Shown piece after piece: positions 51,113-61,616 of a stretch of DNA of 64,000 nt (position 1 is its first letter; each line of letters opens with the position of its first letter). The stretch is from Paracoccaceae bacterium (GTDB lineage Bacteria > Pseudomonadota > Alphaproteobacteria > Rhodobacterales > Rhodobacteraceae). The position numbers and the translations under genes are program-made. The stretch lies in contig JBBDJE010000003.1 in assembly GCA_040880065.1 (NCBI GenBank), positions 102,772-166,771 of the forward strand, in the 5' to 3' direction. Under the pieces are notes generated by a model. It was not told where the DNA came from. It searched no databases and worked only from the letters and a program-made list of their open reading frames with translations.

Positions 51113-52678
51113 CTAGAAGCCAGGTATCTTGTGTTTTTTGGCGGATTTCTTCAGTTCGGCCTCGACCAGCGACTGGATCTTGCGGTCTTTCAACAGGGCT
51201 TTTTCGGCCATGTCGATCATTTTGGCCTCGTTTTCTGAACCCGTGGCCTCATTCAGCACCTCGTTGAAACCGACCTTCATCACCTCTTCGGACACCTTGT
51301 TCATCACCTCGGCATACATTTTGGCCTTGATGACCTTGGGAATCTCGTTGTTTTTCGTTAGCTTGGCCAGCGCATCGGGCAAGATCTTGCCTTGCAACGT
51401 GTCCTTGTATTTATAGGCCCATTTCTTCTGGAACCCGCCAAGATTCTTCAGCAGCCCACCGGCAAGGGCTGAAAACAGCACGGCCTGCACGGCTTCCTTG
51501 AAGTCCTTTTCTGTGGGAGCCTTGCCGGTCTTGGCGATCTTGCCAACCACCTTTACACCCTCGCTGACAGCGGTTTTGATCACCTCCTGCCCCGAGCCTG
51601 CCAGATAGTTTGATATGAATTTCGTGGCCTGCGCCGAGGTCATGAAGGGCACTTTCGCGGCGATCTTCGGGGCCAGACCCTTGGCCATGTCATCAACAAA
51701 ACCCAGCGGGATTTTGGAGCCGATGCCCGCTGTGAGCCCGCCAATCGTGCCATCGACCACCACAGCCTGAACCGAATCCCACAGGGTGACCTTCTGGCCA
51801 GACGCATGTTTACCAAGCTCCTGACTGGCGGAGGAAAGCACCCCGACGCTGGCACCCGATGTGACGGTAGCAGCCGCGAGGCTCATGCCGGTGCCTGTCA
51901 CAATCACCGGAGTTGCCAGCGCGCCGACCACCGCAAAACACACTGCCGATGACACCATCAGCACCGTGCCGGTCGTCTGGGCCGACCCGGTGAAATCCTT
52001 CAGGAATTTCAGCATTTCGCTGCTCAGCTTGTTGATGGCCTTTTCCGCCTCGGGCAAGGCCGTGTCCAGCGCCTCGATATTGCGCTGCATCTGGGCGCGT
52101 TGCAGAGCGCCGGTCGCCTTGATGCTATCGGTCACATAACTGACCTTTGGCAGTTTGACGCCGCCCGCCTTCATGATGATCGCCTGCGCAACGGCATTGA
52201 GAATGCCGTCTTTCAACTGCGCGGTATCAAGATAGCTTTCATAGGTCTTGACGTTGATTTCATGGCTCTTGATCAGAGATTTTATATAGTTATCAAGCTG
52301 CTTGAACACGTCCTGAACCAGCTTCTTGTGGTCTTCTTCGGTGACAAGCAGCTCCTTGCCGCGGTATTTGACCTTGACCATCTTGAGCTTGTCGGCTTCT
52401 TTTTCAGCCGCCAGAAGCTTCGGCAAACCCGCCTTTTCGGTGCGCCCGCCCGGGTCCACCACCTGATCGGGTTTTTTGATGCCGATTTTCTTTTGATAGT
52501 CAGCAATTGCCTTGAGCAGGCCGGAATCCATCTTGGTGTGAACAGGTAATGATTTCATGCCGTTGGCCACCAGCATCTTGCGCAGAAATTCTACATCATC
52601 TGGATTGTTGCGCACCGCATCACCGGGGCTTTGGCGCGGTGACAAACCCACCGGCGCTTTAAGTTTGTTCTTTGACAT
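51113..52678 (-). CDS. Orphan 521-aa Lys-rich protein: PG-binding-like N-domain, Gly/Ala-rich hydrophobic core, helical tail
   Basis: Uninterrupted ORF with a GGAG RBS 9 nt upstream of the ATG and its own terminator. The N-terminus reads VEFLRKMLVANGMKSLPVHTKMDSGLLKAIADYQKKIGIKKPDQVVDPGGRTEKA. The core reads TGTVLMVSSAVCFAVVGALATPVIVTGTGMSLAAATVTSGASVGVLSSA...VVVDGTIGGLTAGIGSKIPLGF. No signal peptide and no family were recognised. Confidence 0.65.
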   Translation of the reverse strand: MSKNKLKAPVGLSPRQSPGDAVRNNPDDVEFLRKMLVANGMKSLPVHTKMDSGLLKAIADYQKKIGIKKPDQVVDPGGRTEKAGLPKLLAAEKEADKLKMVKVKYRGKELLVTEEDHKKLVQDVFKQLDNYIKSLIKSHEINVKTYESYLDTAQLKDGILNAVAQAIIMKAGGVKLPKVSYVTDSIKATGALQRAQMQRNIEALDTALPEAEKAINKLSSEMLKFLKDFTGSAQTTGTVLMVSSAVCFAVVGALATPVIVTGTGMSLAAATVTSGASVGVLSSASQELGKHASGQKVTLWDSVQAVVVDGTIGGLTAGIGSKIPLGFVDDMAKGLAPKIAAKVPFMTSAQATKFISNYLAGSGQEVIKTAVSEGVKVVGKIAKTGKAPTEKDFKEAVQAVLFSALAGGLLKNLGGFQKKWAYKYKDTLQGKILPDALAKLTKNNEIPKVIKAKMYAEVMNKVSEEVMKVGFNEVLNEATGSENEAKMIDMAEKALLKDRKIQSLVEAELKKSAKKHKIPGF

Positions 52679-52815
52679 TAATTATCTCCGTTGAAATGCA
52701 GACAGCTTAAAGCTGGTTCGGTGCCTGTCAAGAAATTCAAACGCAGTTCAGCCCGTGACAATAACCGGACACCGCCGTATAAGGCGGCAAATTCAGCTAG
52801 GATACGGATTGAGCA

Positions 52816-53736
52816 ATGACCATCAAAGTTTTCGGCCATAAGGCCCCCGATACCGACAGCACCGGCGCAGCCATCATTTGGGCGTGGTATTTGAACGAGG
52901 TGAAGGGTTTGCGCGCCGAAGCCGTGTTGCTGGGCGAGCCCAATACCGAAGCCGCCTTCATGCTCAAACATTGGGACCAAGCAAAGCCCACGATTATTGC
53001 GGGCATTGAGCCTGGCGAGCCGGTTGTGATTGTTGACACGAACAACCCCGCCGAACTGCCCGAAGGCATTAACGATGCCGATATTCTCGCCATTATCGAC
53101 CACCACAAACTGGTTGGCGGGATCGAAACCAAAGGCCCGATCGACATAACCATCCGCCCGCTGGCCTGCACGGTTACCGTGATGCACGGGCTGATGGGCG
53201 AGGACGCGGCCCAAATGCCCGCATGGGTGCGCGGCGTGATGCTGAGCTGCATCTTGTCAGACACGCTGGCGTTCCGCAGCCCCACAACCACCCCGGTTGA
53301 CCGTGCCTTGGCCGAAGCGCTGGCCGCCGAGCTGGAAATTGATATCGCGGCCTATGCCAGCGAAATGTTTGCCGCCAAATCCGATGTTTCCGCCTTTTCT
53401 GAAGCCGAGCTTTTGCGGATGGACAGCAAAGAATATGCGGTTGAAGGTGTAAAGCTGCGCGTATCGGTGCTGGAAACCACCTCGCCGCAAGCCGTGCTCG
53501 ACCGCAGCGCAGCGCTTATGGCCGCCATGCCCGGTGTGGCCGCAGAAGATGGTGCCGAGCAGGTGCTGCTATTCGTTGTCGATATTCTGCGTGAAGAAGC
53601 CACGCTGCTGGTGCCCAACGATGTAGTGAAAGGCATTGCCGAGGCCAGCTTTGGTGCTACGGTTACGGGTGACAGCGTTGTGCTGCCCGGCATTATGAGC
53701 CGCAAAAAGCAGATCATCCCCAACCTTAAAATCTAG
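52816..53736 (+). CDS. ppaC: Manganese-dependent inorganic pyrophosphatase (family II, DHH)
   Basis: 306 aa with FGHKAPDTDSTGAAI, IIDHHKL and DHHA2 C-terminal features. Confidence 0.92.
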   Translation: MTIKVFGHKAPDTDSTGAAIIWAWYLNEVKGLRAEAVLLGEPNTEAAFMLKHWDQAKPTIIAGIEPGEPVVIVDTNNPAELPEGINDADILAIIDHHKLVGGIETKGPIDITIRPLACTVTVMHGLMGEDAAQMPAWVRGVMLSCILSDTLAFRSPTTTPVDRALAEALAAELEIDIAAYASEMFAAKSDVSAFSEAELLRMDSKEYAVEGVKLRVSVLETTSPQAVLDRSAALMAAMPGVAAEDGAEQVLLFVVDILREEATLLVPNDVVKGIAEASFGATVTGDSVVLPGIMSRKKQIIPNLKI

Positions 53737-53753
53737 CCAGACAGGCCAGCCCC

Positions 53754-54638
53754 ATGACCGAGATTATCGCAAATTTGGAAAAAATAGCCCGCCGCTACGA
53801 CGTGCTTTTATGCGATTTGTGGGGCTGCCTGCATGACGGCATCCGCCCTTTCCCCGACGCGGTGGCGGCGCTGCAAGCGTTTCGCGCCACTGGCGGGCGT
53901 GTCGTTTTGCTAACCAATGCGCCCCGCCCGGAAGCCGCCGTGCGCGCGCACCTTGGCGCCATGGCTGTGCCGGATGATTGCTATGATGTTATCGTCAGCT
54001 CTGGCGATGCCGCACAAGAAGCGATGCTCGCCGGACTGGTTGGCGAAAAAGTCTTCCATATCGGGTCAAAGGCCGATGAGAATTTTTTTACGCTCTTTTC
54101 AAACGACATTATGCAGCGCCGCACCATTGAACGCACGCCGCTTGACCAAGCCGAAGGGGTGATCTGCACCGGGCTGGCCGATGACACGGTTGAAACGCCG
54201 GACATGTATCGTGAAACGCTGCTCAACGCCAAGGTGCGCGGTTTGAAAATGATCTGCGCAAACCCCGACATCATGGTCGATAAGGGCGAAAACCGGCTCT
54301 ATTGTGCCGGTGCGCTTGCCGCGCTTTACGAGGAAATGGGCGGGCAAGTGCTGTATTTCGGCAAACCTCACGCTCCGGTTTACGAACTCGCCCGCCGCCG
54401 CCTTGCCGCAATGGATGGCAAACTGCCGGTAGATGAGCGGATGCTCTGTGTGGGCGATGGGATTGCCACCGATATTCAGGGCGGGATGGCCGAAGGGTTG
54501 GACACGTTGTTCATTACCGGCGGGCTGGCCGCGCCGGACATTCCACTGGAAGATGGCATGCCAGATGCTGCGGCGTTGCGCGCTTATCTGGATAAGCACC
54601 AGCAATCGCCCACCGCAGCAATCGGGAACTTGCGGTAA
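53754..54638 (+). CDS. HAD-superfamily class IIA hydrolase (TIGR01459-like)
   Basis: 294 aa. YDVLLCDLWGCLHDG and LLTNAPR are present, plus a C-terminal GDGIATDIQG motif. Confidence 0.85.
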   Translation: MTEIIANLEKIARRYDVLLCDLWGCLHDGIRPFPDAVAALQAFRATGGRVVLLTNAPRPEAAVRAHLGAMAVPDDCYDVIVSSGDAAQEAMLAGLVGEKVFHIGSKADENFFTLFSNDIMQRRTIERTPLDQAEGVICTGLADDTVETPDMYRETLLNAKVRGLKMICANPDIMVDKGENRLYCAGALAALYEEMGGQVLYFGKPHAPVYELARRRLAAMDGKLPVDERMLCVGDGIATDIQGGMAEGLDTLFITGGLAAPDIPLEDGMPDAAALRAYLDKHQQSPTAAIGNLR

Positions 54639-54757
54639 TTTAATTTCTTTAGAGGCTTAACGGGTGAATTTTTGTTGCGCGCACACTTGCGTGCAGCCGA
54701 ACCACGTGCTAGCGATTGTGCGCCGCAACACGCGCACAGCTAAATCGGAATTCGCCC

Positions 54758-55213
54758 ATGCCCAACCTTGCCCCGCGCAATATTGAAACAGGTACGATCT
54801 GTATCGAAGATCTGGAAGTCGGGATGCTGCGCGAGCTCTCCAAAGTCATTGGCGATGCGGAAATTGAAATGTTCGCCACGCTTTCGACCGACCATAACCC
54901 CGTGCATCTGGACGAAGACTATGCCCAGCAAACCATTTTCGGGGGCCGGATCGCGCATGGCATGCTGACCGCCGGGCTGATCTCGGCGGTTATCGGCGAG
55001 CAGTTGCCGGGCCATGGCACGGTGTATCTGAAGCAGAACCTGACCTTCATGGCCCCCGTGCGCCCGGGTGACCGCGTTGACGCCAGCGTCTGCGTGCGCG
55101 AGATAGACTATGCAAAACGCCGTGTGACCCTTGATTGTGCCTGCCGCGTGGGCGATACCGTGGTGCTGAAAGGCGATGCGCTGGTTCTGGCGCCCAGCCG
55201 CAAATTCGACTAG
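54758..55213 (+). CDS. MaoC family (R)-hydratase/dehydratase
   Basis: Start MPNLAPRNIE (ATG at 54758). FATLSTDHNPVHLDEDYAQQTIFGGRIAHGML is the hot-dog hydratase motif. Confidence 0.88.
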   Translation: MPNLAPRNIETGTICIEDLEVGMLRELSKVIGDAEIEMFATLSTDHNPVHLDEDYAQQTIFGGRIAHGMLTAGLISAVIGEQLPGHGTVYLKQNLTFMAPVRPGDRVDASVCVREIDYAKRRVTLDCACRVGDTVVLKGDALVLAPSRKFD

Positions 55214-55231
55214 GGCGCAGGCGAACCTGCG

Positions 55232-56164
55232 ATGGCTATGCAGGTTTTTAACTCATATAACGCAATCCCTTCAGATGCGCGCGGGGCCTCGGCGGCCTTG
55301 GGCAATTTTGATGGTGTGCATATTGGCCACCGCGCGGTGATAGACCGCGCGCGCCACGCCGATATGCCGCTGGCCGTGGTCAGCTTCGAGCCGCATCCGC
55401 GCAAGTTTTTCGCCCCCGATGGCCCGCCATTCCGGCTGATGAGCTCTTCAACCAAAGCCCATAGGCTTGAAAAGCTGGGCGTGGATTTGCTGTTTGACCT
55501 GCCGTTTAACGCCGATCTTGCCAGCCTGTCGGCCCGCGAATTTGTGCGCGATGTGCTGGCCGACGGGCTTGGCCTTGCCCGCGTTGTGGTTGGTGCCGAT
55601 TTTCGTTTTGGCAAGGGCCGCGAGGGCGGTGCCACCATGTTGCAAGCCCTGGGCGAGGAATTCGGCATTGAAGTTGACATCGCCCCGCTGGTGCAAGCCG
55701 AAGCCGAAGATGTGTCATCGACCGCCATCCGCACCGCTCTGGCGGCGGGCCGTCCGCGTGATGCCGCCAAAATGCTCGACCATTGGCACCGGATCAACGG
55801 AATCGTCATCAAAGGCGATGAGCGTGGCCGCGACCTTGGCTTTCCCACCGCCAATATGGCACTGGTTGATTTGCACCTGCCCCGCCTTGGCATTTATGCG
55901 GTGTGGGTCGATGTGCTGAGCGGCCCGCATAAGGGTGCCTATCGTGGCGCGGCCAGCATTGGCACGCGGCCCACCTTTGGTGAAAACATCCCCAACCTCG
56001 AAGTGTTCATCTTCGATTTTGATGGCGATTTATACGGGGCAGAGCTTTCGGTGGCGCTGGTTGACTACATTCGCCCGGAGCTGAAGTTTGACGGAATCGC
56101 CGCGCTGATCAGCCAAATGCAGGATGATTGCACCCGCATTGCCGCACTATTGGATGCCGAGTAA
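55232..56164 (+). CDS. ribF: Bifunctional riboflavin kinase / FMN adenylyltransferase
   Basis: 310 aa with GNFDGVHIGH, GFPTAN and the C-terminal riboflavin kinase motifs. Confidence 0.93.
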   Translation: MAMQVFNSYNAIPSDARGASAALGNFDGVHIGHRAVIDRARHADMPLAVVSFEPHPRKFFAPDGPPFRLMSSSTKAHRLEKLGVDLLFDLPFNADLASLSAREFVRDVLADGLGLARVVVGADFRFGKGREGGATMLQALGEEFGIEVDIAPLVQAEAEDVSSTAIRTALAAGRPRDAAKMLDHWHRINGIVIKGDERGRDLGFPTANMALVDLHLPRLGIYAVWVDVLSGPHKGAYRGAASIGTRPTFGENIPNLEVFIFDFDGDLYGAELSVALVDYIRPELKFDGIAALISQMQDDCTRIAALLDAE

Positions 56165-56604
56165 TGCGCAAGAAATTTTGGGAAAAGCCGCTGGAAAGCC
56201 TCGACCGCGAGGAATGGGAAGCCTTGTGCGATGGCTGCGGCAAGTGCTGCCTGCTCAAGCTTCAAGACGAGGACACCGGCGCGTTTGCCTATACCCGCGT
56301 GGCCTGCCGCCTGTTTGATAATGCCACCTGCCGCTGCGGCAACTACGCGCTGCGCCGCCAGTTGGTAAAAGGCTGCGTTATCCTCACCCCCGAAACGCTG
56401 GAACAAAACATCGACTGGATGCCCGCGACCTGCGCCTATAGGCTGCGCGCCGAGGGCAAGCCGCTGTTTGACTGGCATCCGCTGCTTTCGGGCGATGCCG
56501 ATACGGTGCATTCTGCCGGTATCTCCATGAAAAACCGCACGCTGACCGAGTATGATGTCGACCCGGACGAGCTTGACGACCATATAATTGAAGGAATGCT
56601 GTGA
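56164..56604 (+). CDS. ycgN: YcgN family cysteine-cluster protein (UPF0260)
   Basis: Start MRKKFWEKPLESLDREEWEALCDGCGKCCLLKLQDEDTG. The ATG overlaps the ribF stop (TAATG). Confidence 0.85.
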   Translation: MRKKFWEKPLESLDREEWEALCDGCGKCCLLKLQDEDTGAFAYTRVACRLFDNATCRCGNYALRRQLVKGCVILTPETLEQNIDWMPATCAYRLRAEGKPLFDWHPLLSGDADTVHSAGISMKNRTLTEYDVDPDELDDHIIEGML

Positions 56605-57659
56605 TGATCTTTTCCTCGGACAATTCGGCACCGGCCGTGCCCGAAGTGATGCAGGCCATGCTAACGGCCAATGAAGGCCACGTGGCATCTTATGGTGCCG
56701 ACGAGATCATGGCCCGCGTTACCGCGCGCATCCGCGAGATATTTGAAGCCCCTGATGCAGCGGTTTACCTTGTGCCCACCGGCACCGCGGCCAATGCACT
56801 GGCGCTGGCCACAATCTGCCCGCCCTGGGCCACGATTTACTGCGCCACCCATGCCCATATCGCCGAAGATGAATGCGCAGCGCCCGAGTTTTACACTGGC
56901 GGTGCCAAGCTCAGCCTTATTGGCGGCGATGATGCGCGCATGGATGTTGAGGCTTTGGCCAAAGCGCTGAAATATGCCGCCCCGGCGGGCGTGCATAATG
57001 TGCAGCGCGGTGCGGTGTCGATGTCGACTGTCACCGAAATGGGCGCGGTCTATAGCCTTGCGCATATGCGCGCCATTGCCGATCTGACCAAGGCCCACGA
57101 TCTGCCCGTGCATCTTGATGGCGCACGCTTTGCCAATGCGCTTGTTGCGCTGGGGTGCACACCTGCCGAGATGAGTTGGAAAGCCGGGGTTGATGTGCTG
57201 TCGTTCGGCGGCACCAAGAACGGGTTGATGGGTGTTGAGGCGGTGGTGTTCTTTAACCCCAAACACGCATGGGAATTTGAGTTGCGGCGCAAGCGCGGCG
57301 GGCATTTGTTTTCCAAACACCGTTACCTTTCAGCCCAGATGGAAGCCTATCTGGCTGATGGCCTGTGGCTTAAACTGGCGGCCCGCGCCAATGCTTCTGC
57401 ACAGGCGCTGGCCACGGGGCTTGCGGCTTGTGAAGGGTTTATGCTGCTGCATCCGGTAAAGGCGAATATGATCTTCGCCACCTGGCCGCGCCGCGCACAT
57501 GATGCGCTGGCAGCGGCGGGTGCCAAATATTACCAATGGCCGCATAATGCCGCACAGAGTGGCCCTGCCGATGAGCCGATCTCGGCAAGGCTGGTCACAA
57601 GCTGGTGCACAACGCCTGAAGAAATTGAACAATTCGTCGGCATCGCCGCAAACGCCTAA
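56601..57659 (+). CDS. ltaE: Low-specificity L-threonine aldolase / beta-eliminating lyase family (PLP)
   Basis: 352 aa. FSSDN...GTAANALAL...SFGGTKNG contains the PLP-lysine region. Confidence 0.82.
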   Translation: MMIFSSDNSAPAVPEVMQAMLTANEGHVASYGADEIMARVTARIREIFEAPDAAVYLVPTGTAANALALATICPPWATIYCATHAHIAEDECAAPEFYTGGAKLSLIGGDDARMDVEALAKALKYAAPAGVHNVQRGAVSMSTVTEMGAVYSLAHMRAIADLTKAHDLPVHLDGARFANALVALGCTPAEMSWKAGVDVLSFGGTKNGLMGVEAVVFFNPKHAWEFELRRKRGGHLFSKHRYLSAQMEAYLADGLWLKLAARANASAQALATGLAACEGFMLLHPVKANMIFATWPRRAHDALAAAGAKYYQWPHNAAQSGPADEPISARLVTSWCTTPEEIEQFVGIAANA

Positions 57660-58243
57660 CCCAGATGCGCGGCCAGATGCGCCAAACGGTCATGGCCCCA
57701 GAACACCTGATCGCCCACCACATAGCTGGGCGAGCCGAACACACCGGCCTTGATGGCATCGTTTGTGTTGCGCTCCAGCACATCAACCCCGGTCAGCATG
57801 CCCGATGAGGCAAGTGCTGCGTCAAAGCCCGCGTCTGTCAGGCAGGATGCAATCACATCATCTTGGGCGATGTCGCGGTCCTCAGCCCAAACCGCGCGGC
57901 ACAGGCCGTGACATAGCGCACCAAGGTTGCCGCCGCCCACGTTTTGGGCCGCGATAATCGCGCAGCTTGCCGGCACGGGGTTGGTCGGGAAATGGGCGGG
58001 CCGCAGGTTAAGCGCCAGCCCTTCCATTGCGGCCGAGCGCGAAAGGTCTTGCAAACGGTAGGCCTGGCGTGATTCGTGGCGCTGCGGCAATGCAACACCG
58101 CCCGTTGCCTCGAACAGTTTGGCCAGCAATACCGGCCGGTAGACGATGGTTGCGCCACTTTGGGCTGCAATTTGCTCCAGACGCGTAGCTGCAAGGTAGG
58201 TATAGGGCGAAATCGGGGTAAAGAAATAGTCAATCTGCGCCAT
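57656..58243 (-). CDS. 2-hydroxychromene-2-carboxylate isomerase (DsbA-like)
   Basis: Internal start MAQIDYFFTPISPYTYLA (ATG at 58243). The C-terminus contains FGSPSYVVGDQVFWGHDRL. Confidence 0.85.
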   Translation of the reverse strand: MAQIDYFFTPISPYTYLAATRLEQIAAQSGATIVYRPVLLAKLFEATGGVALPQRHESRQAYRLQDLSRSAAMEGLALNLRPAHFPTNPVPASCAIIAAQNVGGGNLGALCHGLCRAVWAEDRDIAQDDVIASCLTDAGFDAALASSGMLTGVDVLERNTNDAIKAGVFGSPSYVVGDQVFWGHDRLAHLAAHLG

Positions 58244-58373
58244 AAAGCCTCCGTCAGGTTGCCGCACCCCCAGAATGACGGGCTTTGCAGGCTTTGCAAG
58301 GGCGCGCGGCAATGTTAAGCCACGCGCAAGGTAAATTTGGCGCGATGCCGCGCCGCTGACATGAGGGACCGTC

Positions 58374-59390
58374 ATGAGCCGCAGCCTGCAACCCAAACTG
58401 ATCTCCGGAAATGCCAACCGAACGCTGGCCCAAACCATCGCCCGGCGGATGAGCCTGCATTCCGGCGGTAAAGTGGAGCTGATCAAGGCGCGGGTGGAAC
58501 GCTTCAACGATCAGGAAATTTTTGTCGAGGTATACGACAATGTGCGCGGCGAGGATATGTTCATCATCCAACCCACATCCAACCCGGCGAATGACAACCT
58601 GATGGAACTGCTGATCATGTCGGATGCGCTGCGCCGGTCCTCGGCGGCACGCATCACCGCAGTCATCCCCTATTTCGGCTATGCACGCCAAGACCGCCGC
58701 ACCAAGGCCCGCACGCCGATCTCGGCCAAGCTGGTGGCCAACCTCATTGCACAGGCCGGGGTGGAACGGGTGCTGACCATGGATTTGCATGCCGCGCAAA
58801 TTCAGGGCTTTTTCGATATTCCGGTGGATAACCTTTATGCCTCGCCGGTTTTTGCGCTGGATGTGAAGCACAGCTTCAAAGATCTGTCGCAGGTGACCGT
58901 TGTTTCGCCCGATGTTGGCGGCGTGGCGCGGGCGCGTGAATTGGCCGAACGGATTAGCGCCGATCTGGCGATCGTCGACAAGCGCCGCTCCGGCCCCGGC
59001 GAGGTTGAAAGCATGAATGTCATCGGCGATGTAAAGGACCGTATCTGCATTATCATCGACGATATTGTCGATACGGCAGGCACGCTGTGCAAAGCCGCCG
59101 ACCTGCTGGTCGAGAAGGGCGCAAAAGAAGTGCATGCCTATATCAGCCACGGTGTTCTGTCGGGCCCGGCGGTCGAACGCATCACCGCCAGCGCGATGAA
59201 ATCACTTGTGGTGACGGATTCGATTGAATCAACCGCCAACATCAAGAAATGCAAGAAAATCCGCTTTGTGCCGACCGCGCCAATGTTTGCACAGGCGATT
59301 GTGAACATCGCCAATGGCACCTCGGTTTCAAGCCTGTTTGACGACAACACGCTCGGCCCGCTCTATGAGGCCTATTACCCCGGCACTTAA
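58374..59390 (+). CDS. prs: Ribose-phosphate pyrophosphokinase
   Basis: 338 aa with [19 protein letters not shown] and DDIVDTAGT. Confidence 0.96.
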   Translation: MSRSLQPKLISGNANRTLAQTIARRMSLHSGGKVELIKARVERFNDQEIFVEVYDNVRGEDMFIIQPTSNPANDNLMELLIMSDALRRSSAARITAVIPYFGYARQDRRTKARTPISAKLVANLIAQAGVERVLTMDLHAAQIQGFFDIPVDNLYASPVFALDVKHSFKDLSQVTVVSPDVGGVARARELAERISADLAIVDKRRSGPGEVESMNVIGDVKDRICIIIDDIVDTAGTLCKAADLLVEKGAKEVHAYISHGVLSGPAVERITASAMKSLVVTDSIESTANIKKCKKIRFVPTAPMFAQAIVNIANGTSVSSLFDDNTLGPLYEAYYPGT

Positions 59391-60577
59391 ATCTTCCGGC
59401 TGGCCAGCGGGATGATGGCCAGTGTGATCAACGCCGCCAGAAAGAACGGCGCGCCGGGAATGTAGGGCATGGACGGGCTTGTAAACGCCCAGAATGTGCC
59501 TGTCATGATCAGCGGGCCGGCAATGGAAATCAGCGCACCAAGGCTGCCGATCACGCCTTGCAGCTTGCCTTGTTCATCATCCCCCACACGGTTGGACATA
59601 AGCCCCTGCAAGCTTGGCGGGGCCACGTCGGACAAGGCGCAGATAGGCAAGAGCATAAAAACCACAAGGCTGCTCGGCGCAAACCCGATACCGCACAACC
59701 CGAGAAACGCCATCCACATGCCAAACAAAATGACACGGCGTTCACCCCAGCGCGGCAAAATTATGCGCAGCAAACCGCCCTGCACCATGAAGAGCAGCAC
59801 ACCATAAGCCGTAAGCGAAATGCCCACGGTAAAGGTTGACCAGCCAAAAGAGGCTTTGCCGAAATAGGCCCAGACGGCGGGGTAAACAAAGGCCGCAAGC
59901 TCGAACAGCATGAACACGGTAAGCGGCACGCGCAGCGCGGGCAGCGAAAACGCATCGCGCAGGGCGGTGAACGGGCTGCTATCGCGCAAATGAAATGGGC
60001 GACGGGCCGATTTGGGCAGTGATTCCGGAAGCAAAAGCCAGCCATATATAAAGTTGACGGCGCTAAGAGCGGCGGCGGCATAAAATGGTGCACGCAAGTC
60101 TATCTCGGCCAATATCCCGCCGAGTGCCGGGCCAAGAATGAACCCGATGCCAAACACCGCCGAGATGAGCCCGAAATTCGCCGCCTTTTCAGCCGGCGAG
60201 GAAATATCGGCCAGATAGGCGGTCACCGTGGAATAGGTTGCACCGGCGATGCCCGCCAGCAGCCGCCCGATCAATAGCAGCCAAAAGGTATGTGCGACCG
60301 CCATGAGCAAATAGTCAAATGTCAGCGCTGCAAGCGCCAGCAACAACACACCACGCCGGCCGAATGCGTCTGATAGGTTGCCGATCATCGGTGAAAACAG
60401 GAACTGCATGACCGCATAGGACGACATTAAGATCCCGCCCCAGATCGCACTGCTGCCAATATCGCCCGCACCTACCGAGACCATAAGGTCGGGCATGATC
60501 GGAAAGATCAGCCCAACACCAATGGCATCGAGCAAAATGGTTGCAATTGCAAATGCTAGACCGGACTTGGTTTTCAT
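59387..60577 (-). CDS. MFS transporter (TCR/Tet-like)
   Basis: 396 aa with 12 TM segments. The [14 protein letters not shown] motif lies between TM2 and TM3. Confidence 0.85.
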   Translation of the reverse strand: MKTKSGLAFAIATILLDAIGVGLIFPIMPDLMVSVGAGDIGSSAIWGGILMSSYAVMQFLFSPMIGNLSDAFGRRGVLLLALAALTFDYLLMAVAHTFWLLLIGRLLAGIAGATYSTVTAYLADISSPAEKAANFGLISAVFGIGFILGPALGGILAEIDLRAPFYAAAALSAVNFIYGWLLLPESLPKSARRPFHLRDSSPFTALRDAFSLPALRVPLTVFMLFELAAFVYPAVWAYFGKASFGWSTFTVGISLTAYGVLLFMVQGGLLRIILPRWGERRVILFGMWMAFLGLCGIGFAPSSLVVFMLLPICALSDVAPPSLQGLMSNRVGDDEQGKLQGVIGSLGALISIAGPLIMTGTFWAFTSPSMPYIPGAPFFLAALITLAIIPLASRKI

Positions 60578-60677
60578 GCATTTCCCTTATCCCCGGCATT
60601 GCGCCCACGCAATCGTGATAGCGCGGCTGATGGCCTGTTCGGTTAGGCTTCTGTTTTCAAGAAAGAGGGAGATGGTT

Positions 60678-61565
60678 ATGGAACGTATGCGTGCAAGTGA
60701 TTTTCACCCCCGCCTGCTGGAGTTGTTTGACGGCTATGTGCATGGCAAAATGAGCAAGCGTGCCTTTCTGGACCACGCCGCGAAATTCACGATTGGTGGG
60801 GTTGGCGCGGCGGCCATGCTCGAAATGTTGCAACCAAACTACGCGCTGGCGCAACAGGTCGCGCCGGATGATCCGGATATCGTAACCTCGCGCATCACCT
60901 ATGCCTCGCCCGAAGGGAATGGCGATATCTCCGGGTTAATGGCGCGGCCAGCCAGCGCAAGCGGCGCGCTGCCCGCTGTGCTGATAATACACGAGAACCG
61001 CGGGCTGAACCCCTATATTGAAGACGTGGTGCGCCGCTGCGCCAAGGCAGGCTACCTCGCACTTGGCCCGGATGGCCTGTCACCGCTTGGGGGCTATCCC
61101 GGCAATGACGAGGCCGGGCGCGAGATGCAAAGCCAAATAGATGGCGCCAAGCTGATGCAGGACTTTTTTGCCGGTTTCGAGCATTTGCTTAACCATGCCG
61201 ATAGCACCGGCAAGGTTGGTGCGGTCGGGTTTTGTTATGGCGGCGGGGTGTGCAACGCGCTGGCGGTGGCCTATCCGGAAATGGCCGCATCGGTGCCCTA
61301 TTATGGCCGCCAACCAAGTGCTGAGGACGTGCCAAAAATCCGCGCGGCGATGCAAATCCACTATGCCGGGCTGGATGAACGCATCAATGCGGGCTGGCCG
61401 GATTACGAGGCGGCCTTGCAGGCGGCGGGCACAGATTACGAAGCGTTTATCTATGAAGGCGTGAACCACGGCTTTCATAATGATTCAACGCCGCGTTATG
61501 ACGAAACTGCCGCCGAACTGGCCTGGCAGCGCACGCTGGCACATTTCGCGGCGCATCTGGCATAA
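60678..61565 (+). CDS. Dienelactone hydrolase family protein
   Basis: I prefer the ATG at 60678 (AGAGGGA RBS 8 nt upstream), giving MERMRASDFHPRLLELFDGYVHG... IIHENRGLNPYIEDV, GFCYGG and HGFHND motifs are present. Confidence 0.85.
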   Translation: MERMRASDFHPRLLELFDGYVHGKMSKRAFLDHAAKFTIGGVGAAAMLEMLQPNYALAQQVAPDDPDIVTSRITYASPEGNGDISGLMARPASASGALPAVLIIHENRGLNPYIEDVVRRCAKAGYLALGPDGLSPLGGYPGNDEAGREMQSQIDGAKLMQDFFAGFEHLLNHADSTGKVGAVGFCYGGGVCNALAVAYPEMAASVPYYGRQPSAEDVPKIRAAMQIHYAGLDERINAGWPDYEAALQAAGTDYEAFIYEGVNHGFHNDSTPRYDETAAELAWQRTLAHFAAHLA

Positions 61566-61594
61566 ACAAAAAACGGCGCCCGAAGGGGGCGCCG
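61566..61594 (-). terminator. Rho-independent terminator of the atp operon
   Basis: The reverse strand reads CGGCGCCCccttcGGGCGCCGttttttg, after the atpC stop. Confidence 0.6.
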
Positions 61595-61616
61595 CTTTCA
61601 ATTGCTATACTGCGGC

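Noticed and set aside
52678-53291. 178-aa and 164-aa reverse-strand ORFs
   Set aside because: They are antisense to ppaC. The first would start exactly at the orphan gene's start codon position, which is a coincidence of frames.
58254-59150. 298-aa ORF on the reverse strand
   Set aside because: It is antisense to prs, so it is a shadow ORF.
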